DNA of 64,000 nt, from NCBI GenBank assembly GCA_965223415.1, contig OZ245002.1:5248001-5312000 (forward strand). The letters are read 5' to 3'. The notes below the pieces were generated by a model. That model worked only from the letters and a program-made list of their open reading frames with translations. It did no database searches and was not told where the DNA came from. A program made the position numbers and the translations under genes. This DNA is from Myxococcota bacterium. GTDB lineage: Bacteria > Myxococcota_A > UBA9160 > UBA6930. Positions within the stretch are counted from its first letter, which is position 1; every line of letters begins with the position of its first letter. Below are positions 34,707 to 46,447 of this stretch, in pieces.

Positions 34707-36398
34707 CTAGAGCCCGCGCAGGAAGTCGAAGAAGGTGGACCAGTTGCGCGTGATGTCGTTCCAGAAGGCGAAGCCCATCAGCGCCACGAGCAGCACCAGG
34801 CCCACCTGCTGGACGAGCTCGCGGGTGCGCAGCGAGAGCGGCCCGCGCTTCACGCCCTCGACCAGGAAGATCAGCGCCTGGCCGCCGTCGAGGATCGGGA
34901 TCGGCAGCAGGTTCAGGATGCCGAGGTTGATGCTGATCAGCATCAGCAGCTGGAGGTAGTGGTCCCAGCCCGCTTGGAAGGCCGAGTGGCTCTGCTTGGC
35001 GATCTCGATCGGTCCACCGATGGCCTTGCGGGAGATCTCGCCGGTCACGAGCTTGCGCAGCCCCTTCAGGAAGATCGACGTCACCTCGTAGGTCATCGCC
35101 ACCGCCCGGGGGATCGAGCGGAGCGGATTGCGCAGCTGCTCCTCCTTCACCGCGCCGGGCAGCGCCGCGTTCGCTCCCTGGATGCCGATCAGGTACTCGT
35201 CGCGATCGAGGCCCTCGATCTGGGAGGGGCGCGCCTCGGGCTCGATCGCCGCACGGCGGATCTTCCCGGCGCGGGCGAACTCGATCGCGAGGCTGCGCCC
35301 GCCGCTGCCGAGCACGGTCTCCTGGAAGGTGAGGAAGCTCCCGATCGGCTGGCCGTCGACCGAGAGGATCAGGTCGCCGGCCTGGAGGCCGGCGCGAGCC
35401 GCGGGCAGCTCCGGCCGCACCGCCGCCACCAGCACGACGGCGGGCACCACGCCCAGCGCCTCGGTCCCGCCTCCCGGAACGCGGAGGTCGACCGTGGCCT
35501 CCTCGGCGTCGGGGCCCGGGCCCTTCGCGCGGGCCACCCGGATCGGCACGGCGTCGATCCCGGCCCGAGCTGCCAGCGCGCGGGCGAAGCCGGCCCAGTC
35601 TTCCACCTCCACGTCCCCGACCTGCACGACGCGATCGCCAGCCCGGAGGCCCGCCCGCTCCGCCGGCGTATCGGGCCCCGCCAGCCCGAGCAGCGCCTTC
35701 TGCCGGCGGTGCTGGACGCCGAGCCATCCGATCTCCTTGTCCTCGCGGAAGACCCGGTCGATGCCGGGCCGGGTCTCGATCGGGACGTCCGCCTGGAACG
35801 GGTCCGTGCCCGCGCGCTCGACGTCGAGCCGCACCACCTCGCCGGGGTGGGCGCGCACGTGGTCGTCGAGATCGTCCCACCAGGCCAGGGGCTCGCCGTT
35901 CAGCCCCACGATGCGGTCGCCGGGCTCGAGGCCCGCCCGCGCCGCCGGCGAGGCGGGCTCCACGGTCCCGATCACGCCGGCGGCCCGGTCGATGCCGACC
36001 CAGAGCGTGCCCATCAGCAGGAGCACGGGCAGCACCAGGTTCATCACCGGGCCGGCGAGCACGATCGCGAGCTTCTTCCACACCGGCTGGGCCGGGAGGC
36101 TGCGGGCCGGATCCCCCTGGGCCTCGGGGCTCTCCTCGTCGCCCGGGTTCTCGCCGAGCATCTTCACGAAGCCGCCCAGCGGGATCCACGCCACTACGTA
36201 CTCGGTGCCGCTGCGCGTCCACTGCATGCGGAAGCGCCCGATGCCGATCGGCGGCCCGAACCCGATCGAGAACTTGAGCACGCGCACGCCGCTGAGCTTG
36301 GCCACGATGAAGTGGCCCCACTCGTGCACGGTGATCAGCACGCCGAGCATGAGGACGAAGGCGAACAGGCCTTCGATGCCAGTGGCGATCTGGCTCAC
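34707..36398 (-). CDS. rseP: RIP metalloprotease RseP with three PDZ domains
   Basis: HEWGH, FSIGFG, IPLGGFVKM, NLLPIPILDGG; three PAxRAGL..GD repeats. Confidence 0.95.
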   Translation of the reverse strand: MSQIATGIEGLFAFVLMLGVLITVHEWGHFIVAKLSGVRVLKFSIGFGPPIGIGRFRMQWTRSGTEYVVAWIPLGGFVKMLGENPGDEESPEAQGDPARSLPAQPVWKKLAIVLAGPVMNLVLPVLLLMGTLWVGIDRAAGVIGTVEPASPAARAGLEPGDRIVGLNGEPLAWWDDLDDHVRAHPGEVVRLDVERAGTDPFQADVPIETRPGIDRVFREDKEIGWLGVQHRRQKALLGLAGPDTPAERAGLRAGDRVVQVGDVEVEDWAGFARALAARAGIDAVPIRVARAKGPGPDAEEATVDLRVPGGGTEALGVVPAVVLVAAVRPELPAARAGLQAGDLILSVDGQPIGSFLTFQETVLGSGGRSLAIEFARAGKIRRAAIEPEARPSQIEGLDRDEYLIGIQGANAALPGAVKEEQLRNPLRSIPRAVAMTYEVTSIFLKGLRKLVTGEISRKAIGGPIEIAKQSHSAFQAGWDHYLQLLMLISINLGILNLLPIPILDGGQALIFLVEGVKRGPLSLRTRELVQQVGLVLLVALMGFAFWNDITRNWSTFFDFLRGL

Positions 36399-37573
36399 GG
36401 CTGCGTCTCCTCCAGCGCGGCCCGCGCCCGATCGCGGGCCCAGGCGTCGGCGGCCAAGACGTCGGCGAGACGCTCGACCGCCTCGCCCCGATGATCGGCC
36501 AGCCAGGCGTCGAGCACGAGGCCGCCCGTCCGGGCGATGTCGGGGAACCGCAGGCCCCCCTCCAGGAAGGCGGCCACCGCCACCTCGTTGGCCGCGTTCA
36601 GCACGGCCGGAGCGGCCTCGCCCCCCGCCAGGGCCCGGAACGCCTGCTCGAGGCACGGGAAGCGCTTCGTGTCCGGGGTCTCGAAGTCGAGGCGTCCGGC
36701 GGCGGCCAGGTCGAGACGCGGCGTCGAGACCGGCAGGCGCTCGGGCCAGGAGAGCGCCAGGGCGATGGGCCCGCGCATGTCCGGCATGCCGAGCTGGGCC
36801 AGGACCGAGCCGTCAACGAACTCGACGAGGGAGTGCACGATCGACTGGGGATGCACCACGACCCGGATGCGTTCGGGCGGCACGTCGAAGAGCCAGCGGG
36901 CCTCCACCACCTCCAGGCCCTTGTTCATCAGGCTGGCGGAATCGATGGTGATCTTCGGGCCCATGTCCCAGTTGGGGTGATCGAGGGCCTGCTCCACCGT
37001 GGCGGCGGCGATCTCCGGGGCGCTCCAGGTGCGGAACGGGCCGCCGGACGCGGTGAGGATCAGGGCGTCGACGTCCTGGGGACGCTGGCCCGCGAGGGCC
37101 TGGAAGATGGCGCTGTGCTCGCTGTCCACGGGCAGGAGCTCGACGCCGGCGCGCTCCACCTCGCGGCGCACGAGGGCGCCGGCCATCACCATCACCTCCT
37201 TGTTGGCGAGGGCGACGTCACGGCCGGCGCGGATGGCGGCGAGGGTGGGCTCGAGGCCGACGGCGCCGACCAGGCCGGCGACCACCAGGTCTGCCTCGTG
37301 CTGGGCGACGGCGACCAGGCCCGCGGGCCCGACGCCGATCTCGGGCGCGGGAACCCCGGCAGCCCGGAGACGCTCGCGCAGCTCGCCGGCGCCGGCCTCC
37401 TCGGCCACGGCGACCCGCCCGGGTCGGACCCGCTGCACCTGCTCGGCCAGGGCCTCGACGTTGCGCCCGGCCCCCAGCGCCGTCACCTGGAAGCGGTCCG
37501 GGAACTCGGCGGCCACCGAGAGGGTCTGCTCGCCGATGCTCCCGGTGCTGCCGAGCACCGCGAGCCGCTTCAC
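36395..37573 (-). CDS. dxr: 1-deoxy-D-xylulose-5-phosphate reductoisomerase
   Basis: LGSTGSIG, LANKE, PVDSEHSAIFQ, HPNWDMGPKITIDSA. Confidence 0.98.
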   Translation of the reverse strand: MKRLAVLGSTGSIGEQTLSVAAEFPDRFQVTALGAGRNVEALAEQVQRVRPGRVAVAEEAGAGELRERLRAAGVPAPEIGVGPAGLVAVAQHEADLVVAGLVGAVGLEPTLAAIRAGRDVALANKEVMVMAGALVRREVERAGVELLPVDSEHSAIFQALAGQRPQDVDALILTASGGPFRTWSAPEIAAATVEQALDHPNWDMGPKITIDSASLMNKGLEVVEARWLFDVPPERIRVVVHPQSIVHSLVEFVDGSVLAQLGMPDMRGPIALALSWPERLPVSTPRLDLAAAGRLDFETPDTKRFPCLEQAFRALAGGEAAPAVLNAANEVAVAAFLEGGLRFPDIARTGGLVLDAWLADHRGEAVERLADVLAADAWARDRARAALEETQP

Positions 37574-37608
37574 GAACGCGCTCCGCGGGGAGCGGCGAAC
37601 CACCTCAC
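37570..37608 (-). CDS. putative 12-aa bridging mini-ORF (V/M)RWFAAPRGARS
   Basis: GTG overlaps the uppS TGA and TGA overlaps the dxr GTG; first 15 nt match the dxr start at 11/15. Confidence 0.35.
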   Translation of the reverse strand: MRWFAAPRGARS

Positions 37609-38345
37609 GATTCCTCGCGGACCTGCGCGCTCGTCTGGCCGAAGCGCCGCTCCCGCCCCTGGAAATCGGCGATGGCGGCCTCGAGCTGCTCGCGGCCGAA
37701 GTCCGGCCACATGCAGGCGGTGGTGTGGATCTCGGCGTAGGCGATCTGCCAGAGCAGGAAGTTCGAGACGCGCTGCTCGTCGCCGGTGCGGATCAAGAGG
37801 TCCACGTCGGGCAGGTCCGGCAGGTCGAGGTGGGCGGCGAAGGTCTTCTCGTCGAGACCGTCCGGATCGATGCGACCCGGCTCGTGCTCGCGCAGCAGGC
37901 GACGGGCCGCGTCCACGATCTCGGCCCGGCCCCCGTAGGACAGGGCGAAGACGAGCTGCAGCCCCGTGCCGTCCCGGGTGCGCTGCTTGGCGTTCTCGAG
38001 GGTGCGGCGCACGTTCGGCGGCAGCCGCTCCATCCGCCCGATGGTGCGGATGCGCGCGCCGCGCCGGATGACCTCGGGCAGGTCGAGCTCGAAGTACTCC
38101 TCCGGCAGGCGCATCAGCAGGTCCACTTCCTGCTTCGGCCGGTTCCAGTTCTCGGAGGAGAAGGCGTAGAGCGTCAGGTAGCCCACGCCCAGGTCGTCCG
38201 CCGCGCGGACCACCTTGCGCACGGCCTCGAGCCCGGCCCGGTGGCCCTCGGTACGCGGAAGCCCCTGCCGCTCGGCCCAGCGGCCGTTGCCGTCCATGAT
38301 GACGGCGACGTGATGCGGGATCCTGGGGCTGCGCGGCTCGGCCAT
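37605..38345 (-). CDS. uppS: undecaprenyl diphosphate synthase
   Basis: HVAVIMDGNGRWA, YAFSSENWNRP, SYGGR, RVSNFLLWQIAYAE. Confidence 0.97.
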   Translation of the reverse strand: MAEPRSPRIPHHVAVIMDGNGRWAERQGLPRTEGHRAGLEAVRKVVRAADDLGVGYLTLYAFSSENWNRPKQEVDLLMRLPEEYFELDLPEVIRRGARIRTIGRMERLPPNVRRTLENAKQRTRDGTGLQLVFALSYGGRAEIVDAARRLLREHEPGRIDPDGLDEKTFAAHLDLPDLPDVDLLIRTGDEQRVSNFLLWQIAYAEIHTTACMWPDFGREQLEAAIADFQGRERRFGQTSAQVREES

Positions 38346-38363
38346 GGGGTGGGTGCTCCGGGC

Positions 38364-38933
38364 TCAGACCTGGAGGATCTCCTCCTCCTTCTCCTGGGTC
38401 ATGGTGTCGATCTTGCCGATGAACTGGTCGGTCAGGTCCTGAACCGTCTTCTCGGCGCGGCGTCGATCGTCGGCGGGGACGCTGCCCTCCCCCTCCAGGT
38501 CCTTGAGCATCGAGACCGCGCTGCGGCGGGCCTCGCGCACGCCGATCTTGTGCTCCTCGGCGGTCTTCTTGATCTGCTTCACGAGTTCCTTGCGACGTTC
38601 CTCGGTAAGTGGCGGAATTGGCAAGCGAATCACCTTGCCATCGTTACTCGGCGTGAGCCCCAGGTCCGCGGCCTGGATGGCCCGCTCGACGTCTCCCAGC
38701 GAGCCCTTGTCGAAGGGCGAGACGACGATCAGCCGCGGATCTGGAGCCGAGAGCGTCGCCAGCTGGTTCAGCGGCGTGGGCGTGCCGTAGTAGTCCACCT
38801 GGACACCCTCCAGCAGCGCCGGGTTCGCCCGGCCGGTGCGGACCTTCTGGAGCTCGGCGCCGAGGCTGCGGACGGCCCGGTCCATGTCGCCCTTGGCCTC
38901 GTCCAGCACGAGGGTCACTTCTTCGTCCGCCAT
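38364..38933 (-). CDS. frr: ribosome recycling factor
   Basis: RTGRANP, YYGTPTPL, PPLTEERRKELVK. Confidence 0.98.
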   Translation of the reverse strand: MADEEVTLVLDEAKGDMDRAVRSLGAELQKVRTGRANPALLEGVQVDYYGTPTPLNQLATLSAPDPRLIVVSPFDKGSLGDVERAIQAADLGLTPSNDGKVIRLPIPPLTEERRKELVKQIKKTAEEHKIGVREARRSAVSMLKDLEGEGSVPADDRRRAEKTVQDLTDQFIGKIDTMTQEKEEEILQV

Positions 38934-38949
38934 GCCGCGCTCTCCTCTC

Positions 38950-39672
38950 CTACCGAGATCCGTCCGAGATCACCGTTCCGATGGTCTCGCCCGCCACGAC
39001 CTTCTGGATGTTGCCGGGGGCGGTCATGTCGAAGACCACGATCGGGACCGAGTTCTCCTTGCACAGGGCGATGGCCGCCTGGTCCATGAAGCCGAGCTGG
39101 CGCTGGATCACCTCGTCGAAGCTGAGCTGCTCGAAGCGCTCGGCCTTCGGGTCCTTCTCGGGATCGGCGGCGTACACGCCGTCGACCTTGGTGGCCTTGA
39201 GCAGCACGGCGGCGTGGACCTCCGCCGCGCGGAGCGCCGCCGCCGTGTCGGTGGTGAAGTAGGGGTTGCCCGTGCCGCCGGCGAAGATCACGATGCGGCC
39301 CTTCTCCAGGTGACGCATCGCGCGCCGTCGGATGTAGGGCTCGGCCATCTCCTGGATCTCGAGGGCGGACAGCACCCGCGTATCGAGGCCCAGGTGCTCG
39401 AGGGCGTCCTGGAGGGCCACGCCGTTCATGATGCTCGCCATCATGCCCATGTAGTCGGCGGTGGAGCGATCCATGCCCTCACTCGCTGCCGTCACGCCGC
39501 GGATGATGTTGCCGCCACCGATCACGATCCCGATCTGGGTGTCGAGGGCGTGGACGTCGCGGATCTCCTCGGCCAGGCCGCGCAGGACGGCGGGCTGGAT
39601 GCCGAAGCCGCTCTCTCCGGCGAGCACCTCACCGGAGAGCTTGAGCAGGATCCGCGGGTAGGCGGCGTTCAT
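38950..39672 (-). CDS. pyrH: UMP kinase
   Basis: [27 protein letters not shown]. Confidence 0.98.
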   Translation of the reverse strand: MNAAYPRILLKLSGEVLAGESGFGIQPAVLRGLAEEIRDVHALDTQIGIVIGGGNIIRGVTAASEGMDRSTADYMGMMASIMNGVALQDALEHLGLDTRVLSALEIQEMAEPYIRRRAMRHLEKGRIVIFAGGTGNPYFTTDTAAALRAAEVHAAVLLKATKVDGVYAADPEKDPKAERFEQLSFDEVIQRQLGFMDQAAIALCKENSVPIVVFDMTAPGNIQKVVAGETIGTVISDGSR

Positions 39673-39707
39673 TCCTTGGCACCCTCTCCCGGATCGAGCC
39701 GGGTCAC
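39669..39707 (-). CDS. putative 12-aa bridging mini-ORF (V/M)[11 protein letters not shown]
   Basis: GTG overlaps the tsf TGA and TGA overlaps the pyrH ATG; its end GEGAKE* echoes the tsf end GESPTE*. Confidence 0.35.
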   Translation of the reverse strand: MTRLDPGEGAKE

Positions 39708-40573
39708 TCCGTCGGGCTCTCTCCCAGCTTGAAGCGTACGAAACCGGAGACCTTGATGGGGCTCCCCTGGGCGTCGCCGGCCTCCTTCACCAGGGCCTGG
39801 ACGCTCTGGTCCGGATCCTTCACGAAGGCCTGCTCGAGCAGGCAGACCTCGCTGTAGTACTTCCGGATCCGGCCCTCCACGATCTTCTCGATCACCTGCG
39901 GGGGCTTGCCGTCCTGCTCGGCCTGGCGGCGGAAGAGCTCGGCCTCCCGGTCCAGGAGGTCCTGGGAGACCCCGTCCCGGTCGACCGCCACGGGGCTCGG
40001 GTCGGCGGCGGCCACGTGCATGGCCAGGTCTTTGGCGAGGGCGGCCACCGGGTCGCCCGGGGCGTCGGTCTCGAGGGCCACGAGCACGCCGAGCTTGCCG
40101 CCCGCGTGGATGTAGCCTCCGACCTGGCCGGAGCCGACGGCCAGCCGGGCCGAGCGCTTCAGCTGGACGTTCTCGCCCAGGGTGCCGACGGCGGCGCCGA
40201 TCCGATCGCCGATCTTCTCTCCGTCGAGGGGGACGTCGGCCAGGGCTTCGCTGCCGGCGGCGTCCGGGTTCTCCGCGGCGGCGCCGGCGATCGCCGTGGC
40301 CAGGGCCTGGAAGTCGTCGGTCTTGGCGACGAAGTCGGTCTCGCAGCCGAGCTCCACCAGGCCGGCGACGTTGCCGGCGAGGGCCATGGCGATCGTGCCC
40401 TCCGAGGTCTCCCGGCCCGCGCGCTTGACGGCCTTGGCCAGGCCCTTCTCGCGCAGCAGCTCGATGGCCTTGTCGACATCGCCGTCGGCCTCGGCCAGGG
40501 CCTTCTTGCAGTCCATCATCCCGGCTCCGGTGCGATCCCGGAGCCCCTTCACGTCACTGGCGGAAACGGCCAC
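39704..40573 (-). CDS. tsf: elongation factor Ts
   Basis: [33 protein letters not shown] start. Confidence 0.98.
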   Translation of the reverse strand: MAVSASDVKGLRDRTGAGMMDCKKALAEADGDVDKAIELLREKGLAKAVKRAGRETSEGTIAMALAGNVAGLVELGCETDFVAKTDDFQALATAIAGAAAENPDAAGSEALADVPLDGEKIGDRIGAAVGTLGENVQLKRSARLAVGSGQVGGYIHAGGKLGVLVALETDAPGDPVAALAKDLAMHVAAADPSPVAVDRDGVSQDLLDREAELFRRQAEQDGKPPQVIEKIVEGRIRKYYSEVCLLEQAFVKDPDQSVQALVKEAGDAQGSPIKVSGFVRFKLGESPTE

Positions 40574-40686
40574 TGGGGTCCTCTCCTCGATCTTGGTCGG
40601 CCCGTTGGGGCCCGGGACCGCCGGTCGGACGGGCCCTTCGGGTGGGAGCGGCCGGCGGGCGGCCGCACGTGGGTTGGGCGGGCCGG

Positions 40687-41763
40687 CTAGGCGTCCGCCT
40701 TGGGTTCGTCGGCGGCCTTGGCCTTGGCCTCGCCCCCCTCGGCGGGCGCGGCGGGCGCCGCCGGAGCAGCGGGAGCCGTCGGAGCGGCCTCGGTCTCGGC
40801 CGGAGCCGGGGCCGGGGCCTCCTCGCGGCGAGGGCGACCCATCGCCGAGTGGGCGCCGCCGGCCTGGCGGCCGCGGCGGCCTCCGGCTGGCTGCTGCTTG
40901 ATCTCCACAACGCGGCGTCCCGGAGTCGCCTCGGGCTGGGCCTCGGCACCCCGGGTCGGCTCGTCGTGAACCACCCGCTCGTTGAAGAGCTCGGCGCCCT
41001 CGAGGCAGGCGTCGGCGACCAGCTCGCAGTAGAGCTCGATCGCCCGCACGGCGTCGTCGTTGGCCGGCACCACGAAGTCGACCCCCTGCGGATCGCAATT
41101 CGTGTCGACCACCGCGACGATCGGGATCCCCAGGCGCCGGGCCTCCGAGATCGCGATGTGCTCCTTGTTGACGTCGATCACGAACATCGCGTCGGGCAGG
41201 CGGCCCATCTCGCGGATGCCGTCGAGGGACTTGCGGTACTTCGTGACCGAGCGGTTGAGACGCGAGAGCTCCTTCTTCGAGAGCTCGCCCACCTTCTCCT
41301 CGTCGGCCAGGATCTCGAGCTGCTCCTTGAAGTGCTCGATGGACTTCTTGACCGTGCGGAAGTTGGTGAGCATGCCGCCGAGCCAGCGGTTGTTCACGTA
41401 GAACTGCTGGCTTCGCTCGGCCGCACCCTTCACGGCCGGGCCTGCCTGTCGTTTGGTGCCGACCAGCAGCACCTTGCCGCCCTGGGCCACCGTCTCCCGG
41501 AGGAACTCGAGGGCACCGACCAGGTGCGGGGCGGTCTGATCGAGGTCGATGATGTGGATGCCGCCGCGCTCGCCGAAGATGAAGGGCTTCATCTTCGGGT
41601 TCCAACGGCGGGTCTGGTGGCCGAAGTGCGCACCTGCTTCCAGCAGGGAGCGGACGTTCGCCGTACGCTTCTCGCGCTCCTCGGCCGGGGCCGCGGGCTC
41701 GGCAGCGGCCGGCGGGGCGGCGACCGGGGCCTGGACGGACGGATCCGTCGGCGTCTCGGACAT
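40687..41763 (-). CDS. rpsB: 30S ribosomal protein S2 with long N- and C-terminal extensions
   Basis: LLEAGAHFGHQTRRWNPKM, RWLGGMLTNF, DTNCDP, PANDDA. Confidence 0.98.
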   Translation of the reverse strand: MSETPTDPSVQAPVAAPPAAAEPAAPAEEREKRTANVRSLLEAGAHFGHQTRRWNPKMKPFIFGERGGIHIIDLDQTAPHLVGALEFLRETVAQGGKVLLVGTKRQAGPAVKGAAERSQQFYVNNRWLGGMLTNFRTVKKSIEHFKEQLEILADEEKVGELSKKELSRLNRSVTKYRKSLDGIREMGRLPDAMFVIDVNKEHIAISEARRLGIPIVAVVDTNCDPQGVDFVVPANDDAVRAIELYCELVADACLEGAELFNERVVHDEPTRGAEAQPEATPGRRVVEIKQQPAGGRRGRQAGGAHSAMGRPRREEAPAPAPAETEAAPTAPAAPAAPAAPAEGGEAKAKAADEPKADA

Positions 41764-41865
41764 TCGGGTCTCCTTCGCGGTTGGTCCTCCGCCCCGGGCC
41801 GTGTCCTCCCCACCGCCGGCCGCAGCCGGCGGACCGCTGGGGCAGCCCGGAACGTGTGAAGTCGC
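41764..41865 (-). ncRNA. rpsB leader (t44/S2 autoregulatory leader-like)
   Basis: CACAC at the 5' end and GGAGG..AACC before the RBS, as in rpsB leaders; internal CCGCCGGC stem. Confidence 0.55.
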
Positions 41866-41888
41866 GAAGAGTTAGCAGACTCCGGAAG

Positions 41889-41961
41889 GTGAGACAAAGG
41901 GACGTTCCTTTCTGTCTCACGGCGATGCCGTGAGACAGAAAGGAACGTCCCTTTGTCTCAC
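41889..41961. repeat. perfect 73-bp nested palindrome (REP doublet/REPIN-like)
   Basis: 35-bp arm GTGAGACAAAGGGACGTTCCTTTCTGTCTCACGGC, GAT loop, exact reverse complement; each arm is itself palindromic. Confidence 0.9.
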
Positions 41962-43157
41962 GTCGTGTACTCGGCGTTGATGCGGACGTAGTCGTAGGAG
42001 AGGTCGCAGGTCCAGAAGCGGGCCTTGGCCCGGCCGGCGGCGAGGTGGATGCGGATGGCGATCTCGGGGGCACCCATGCGCCGGCCGGCCCGCTCGCGCG
42101 CCGCCTCGCCGGTGCTGGCGCCCCGCCGGAAGACCGGGACGCCGCACAGGTCGACCCGGGTCCGGGCCAGATCGAGCCGCACCTCCCCGGCCCCGACGGT
42201 CTGGAGGATGCGACCCCAGTTGGGGTCGCGGCCGAAGAGCGCGGTCTTGACCAGCATCGAGTTGGCGATGCGGCGGCCGGCGCGCTCCGCCTCGGCCGGG
42301 CTCTGGGCCCCGGTCACCTCGACGGTCACCAGCTTCGTCGCGCCTTCCCCGTCCCGGGCCAGGCCCTGAGCCAGCTCCGTGCAGAGCGTGTGCAGCCCCT
42401 CCTGCAGGCGGCGGCCCGCCGCGCCGCGGGCGCTGCGCAGGGGGCGCGCGCCGCAGGCGCCGTTGGCCAGCAGGATCGCCGTGTCGCTCGTCGACGTCTC
42501 CCCGTCGATCGTGACCCGATTGAAGGTGTCGTCGGCGACCTCGCGCCACATCCCGCGCAGGAGGTCGGGCTCGATGGCAGCGTCGGTCACCGCGAAGGCG
42601 AGCATCGTCGCCATGCGGGGCTCGAGCATCCCGGAGCCCTTCGCCATACCGGCGATGTTGACCATCGCCTCGCCGACCCGCAGGCGCCGATGGGCGACCT
42701 TGGCAACGGTGTCGGTCGTCAGGATCGCCTCCGCCGCTGCCGCCAGGCCGTCCGGATCGAGGGCGGCGGCCAGCTGCGGGATGCCGCGCTCGATCCTCCC
42801 CATCGGAAGCCGCACGCCGATCACCCCCGTGGACGCGGTGAGCACGTCGCGCGCCTCGCAGCCGACGGCCTTCGCGGCCGCCGCCGCCATCACCAACGCG
42901 TCCTGCTCGCCCCGCTCGCCCATCGCCACGTTCGCGTTGCCGGCGTTCGCGACGATGCCCCGCGCCCGGCCCCCGCGCAGGTGGCGCTTCGCGACCACCA
43001 CCGGTGCGCCGGGCACGGTCGAGCGCGTGAAGACGCCGGCGGCGGCGGCTGGACGATCGCTCACGATCAGCGCCAGGTCGCGGGCCCCATCGTCCTTGAT
43101 CCCGCAGTGCACGCCCGCGAACGCGAATCCGCGAACGCGGCGGGCTCGAGCCGCCAT
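41958..43157 (-). CDS. argJ: bifunctional ornithine acetyltransferase/N-acetylglutamate synthase
   Basis: NAGNAN, STGVIG, ILTTDT, KGSGML.PRMATML, DGETSTSD, DGEGATK, TCDLSYDYVRINAEY. Confidence 0.97.
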   Translation of the reverse strand: MAARARRVRGFAFAGVHCGIKDDGARDLALIVSDRPAAAAGVFTRSTVPGAPVVVAKRHLRGGRARGIVANAGNANVAMGERGEQDALVMAAAAAKAVGCEARDVLTASTGVIGVRLPMGRIERGIPQLAAALDPDGLAAAAEAILTTDTVAKVAHRRLRVGEAMVNIAGMAKGSGMLEPRMATMLAFAVTDAAIEPDLLRGMWREVADDTFNRVTIDGETSTSDTAILLANGACGARPLRSARGAAGRRLQEGLHTLCTELAQGLARDGEGATKLVTVEVTGAQSPAEAERAGRRIANSMLVKTALFGRDPNWGRILQTVGAGEVRLDLARTRVDLCGVPVFRRGASTGEAARERAGRRMGAPEIAIRIHLAAGRAKARFWTCDLSYDYVRINAEYTT

Positions 43158-43196
43158 CAGCTCCCTACGCGGCGGGCTCGCGGAGCCATCAGCTCC

Positions 43197-43204
<8 letters not shown>
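43141..43204. repeat. 32-bp tandem duplication of the secA stop/argJ start junction, encoding mini-ORF MAPRARRVGS (43157-43189, -)
   Basis: units match 28/32 and share an exact 18-bp GCCATCAGCTCCCTACGC. Confidence 0.85.
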
Positions 43205-45950
<2,746 letters not shown>

Positions 45951-46024
45951 CAGCGGGCACCCGGCTCCCTCGGGGGTGAGGGACGGAGGTTACGGGAGGG
46001 GTCTTGGGGGGGCCACCCGACGCA

Positions 46025-46357
46025 TCACGGGCGCGCGAACCGCAGGCGAAGCTTGCCGATCTGGATCTCGTCGCCGTCGCCAAGGACGCGGCGTTCGTGC
46101 TTCTTGCCGTTCACCAGCGTGCCGTTCGTGCTCCCCAGGTCTTCGACGAAGAAGCCGTCCGCGGCCACCCAGCCGATGGCGGCGTGGGCCCGGGAGATGG
46201 TCGGCTCGGCCAGGACCGCGTCGGCGGTGCGGCCGCGGCCGATCACGAACCAGTCGCTCTCGACCGGGATCTCGAGGCCTTCGTAGAAGCCGCGCAGGAC
46301 CGTGATCGAAGCGCCCATCGGCATCCGCCCCGCGGCCTGTGCTGCTTCCGTCGCCAT
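46025..46357 (-). CDS. FHA domain protein
   Basis: IGRG, ISRAHA, EDLGSTNGTLVNG, GDEIQIG. Confidence 0.9.
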   Translation of the reverse strand: MATEAAQAAGRMPMGASITVLRGFYEGLEIPVESDWFVIGRGRTADAVLAEPTISRAHAAIGWVAADGFFVEDLGSTNGTLVNGKKHERRVLGDGDEIQIGKLRLRFARP

Positions 46358-46447
46358 CCAGGGATCCCCATGCCCATCGGCCGCGCGGGCCAGCCCCCGG
46401 GGCCTTCATCGGAGTGGACCGGGGCGGACTTGACCGGGGCAGCCCGG

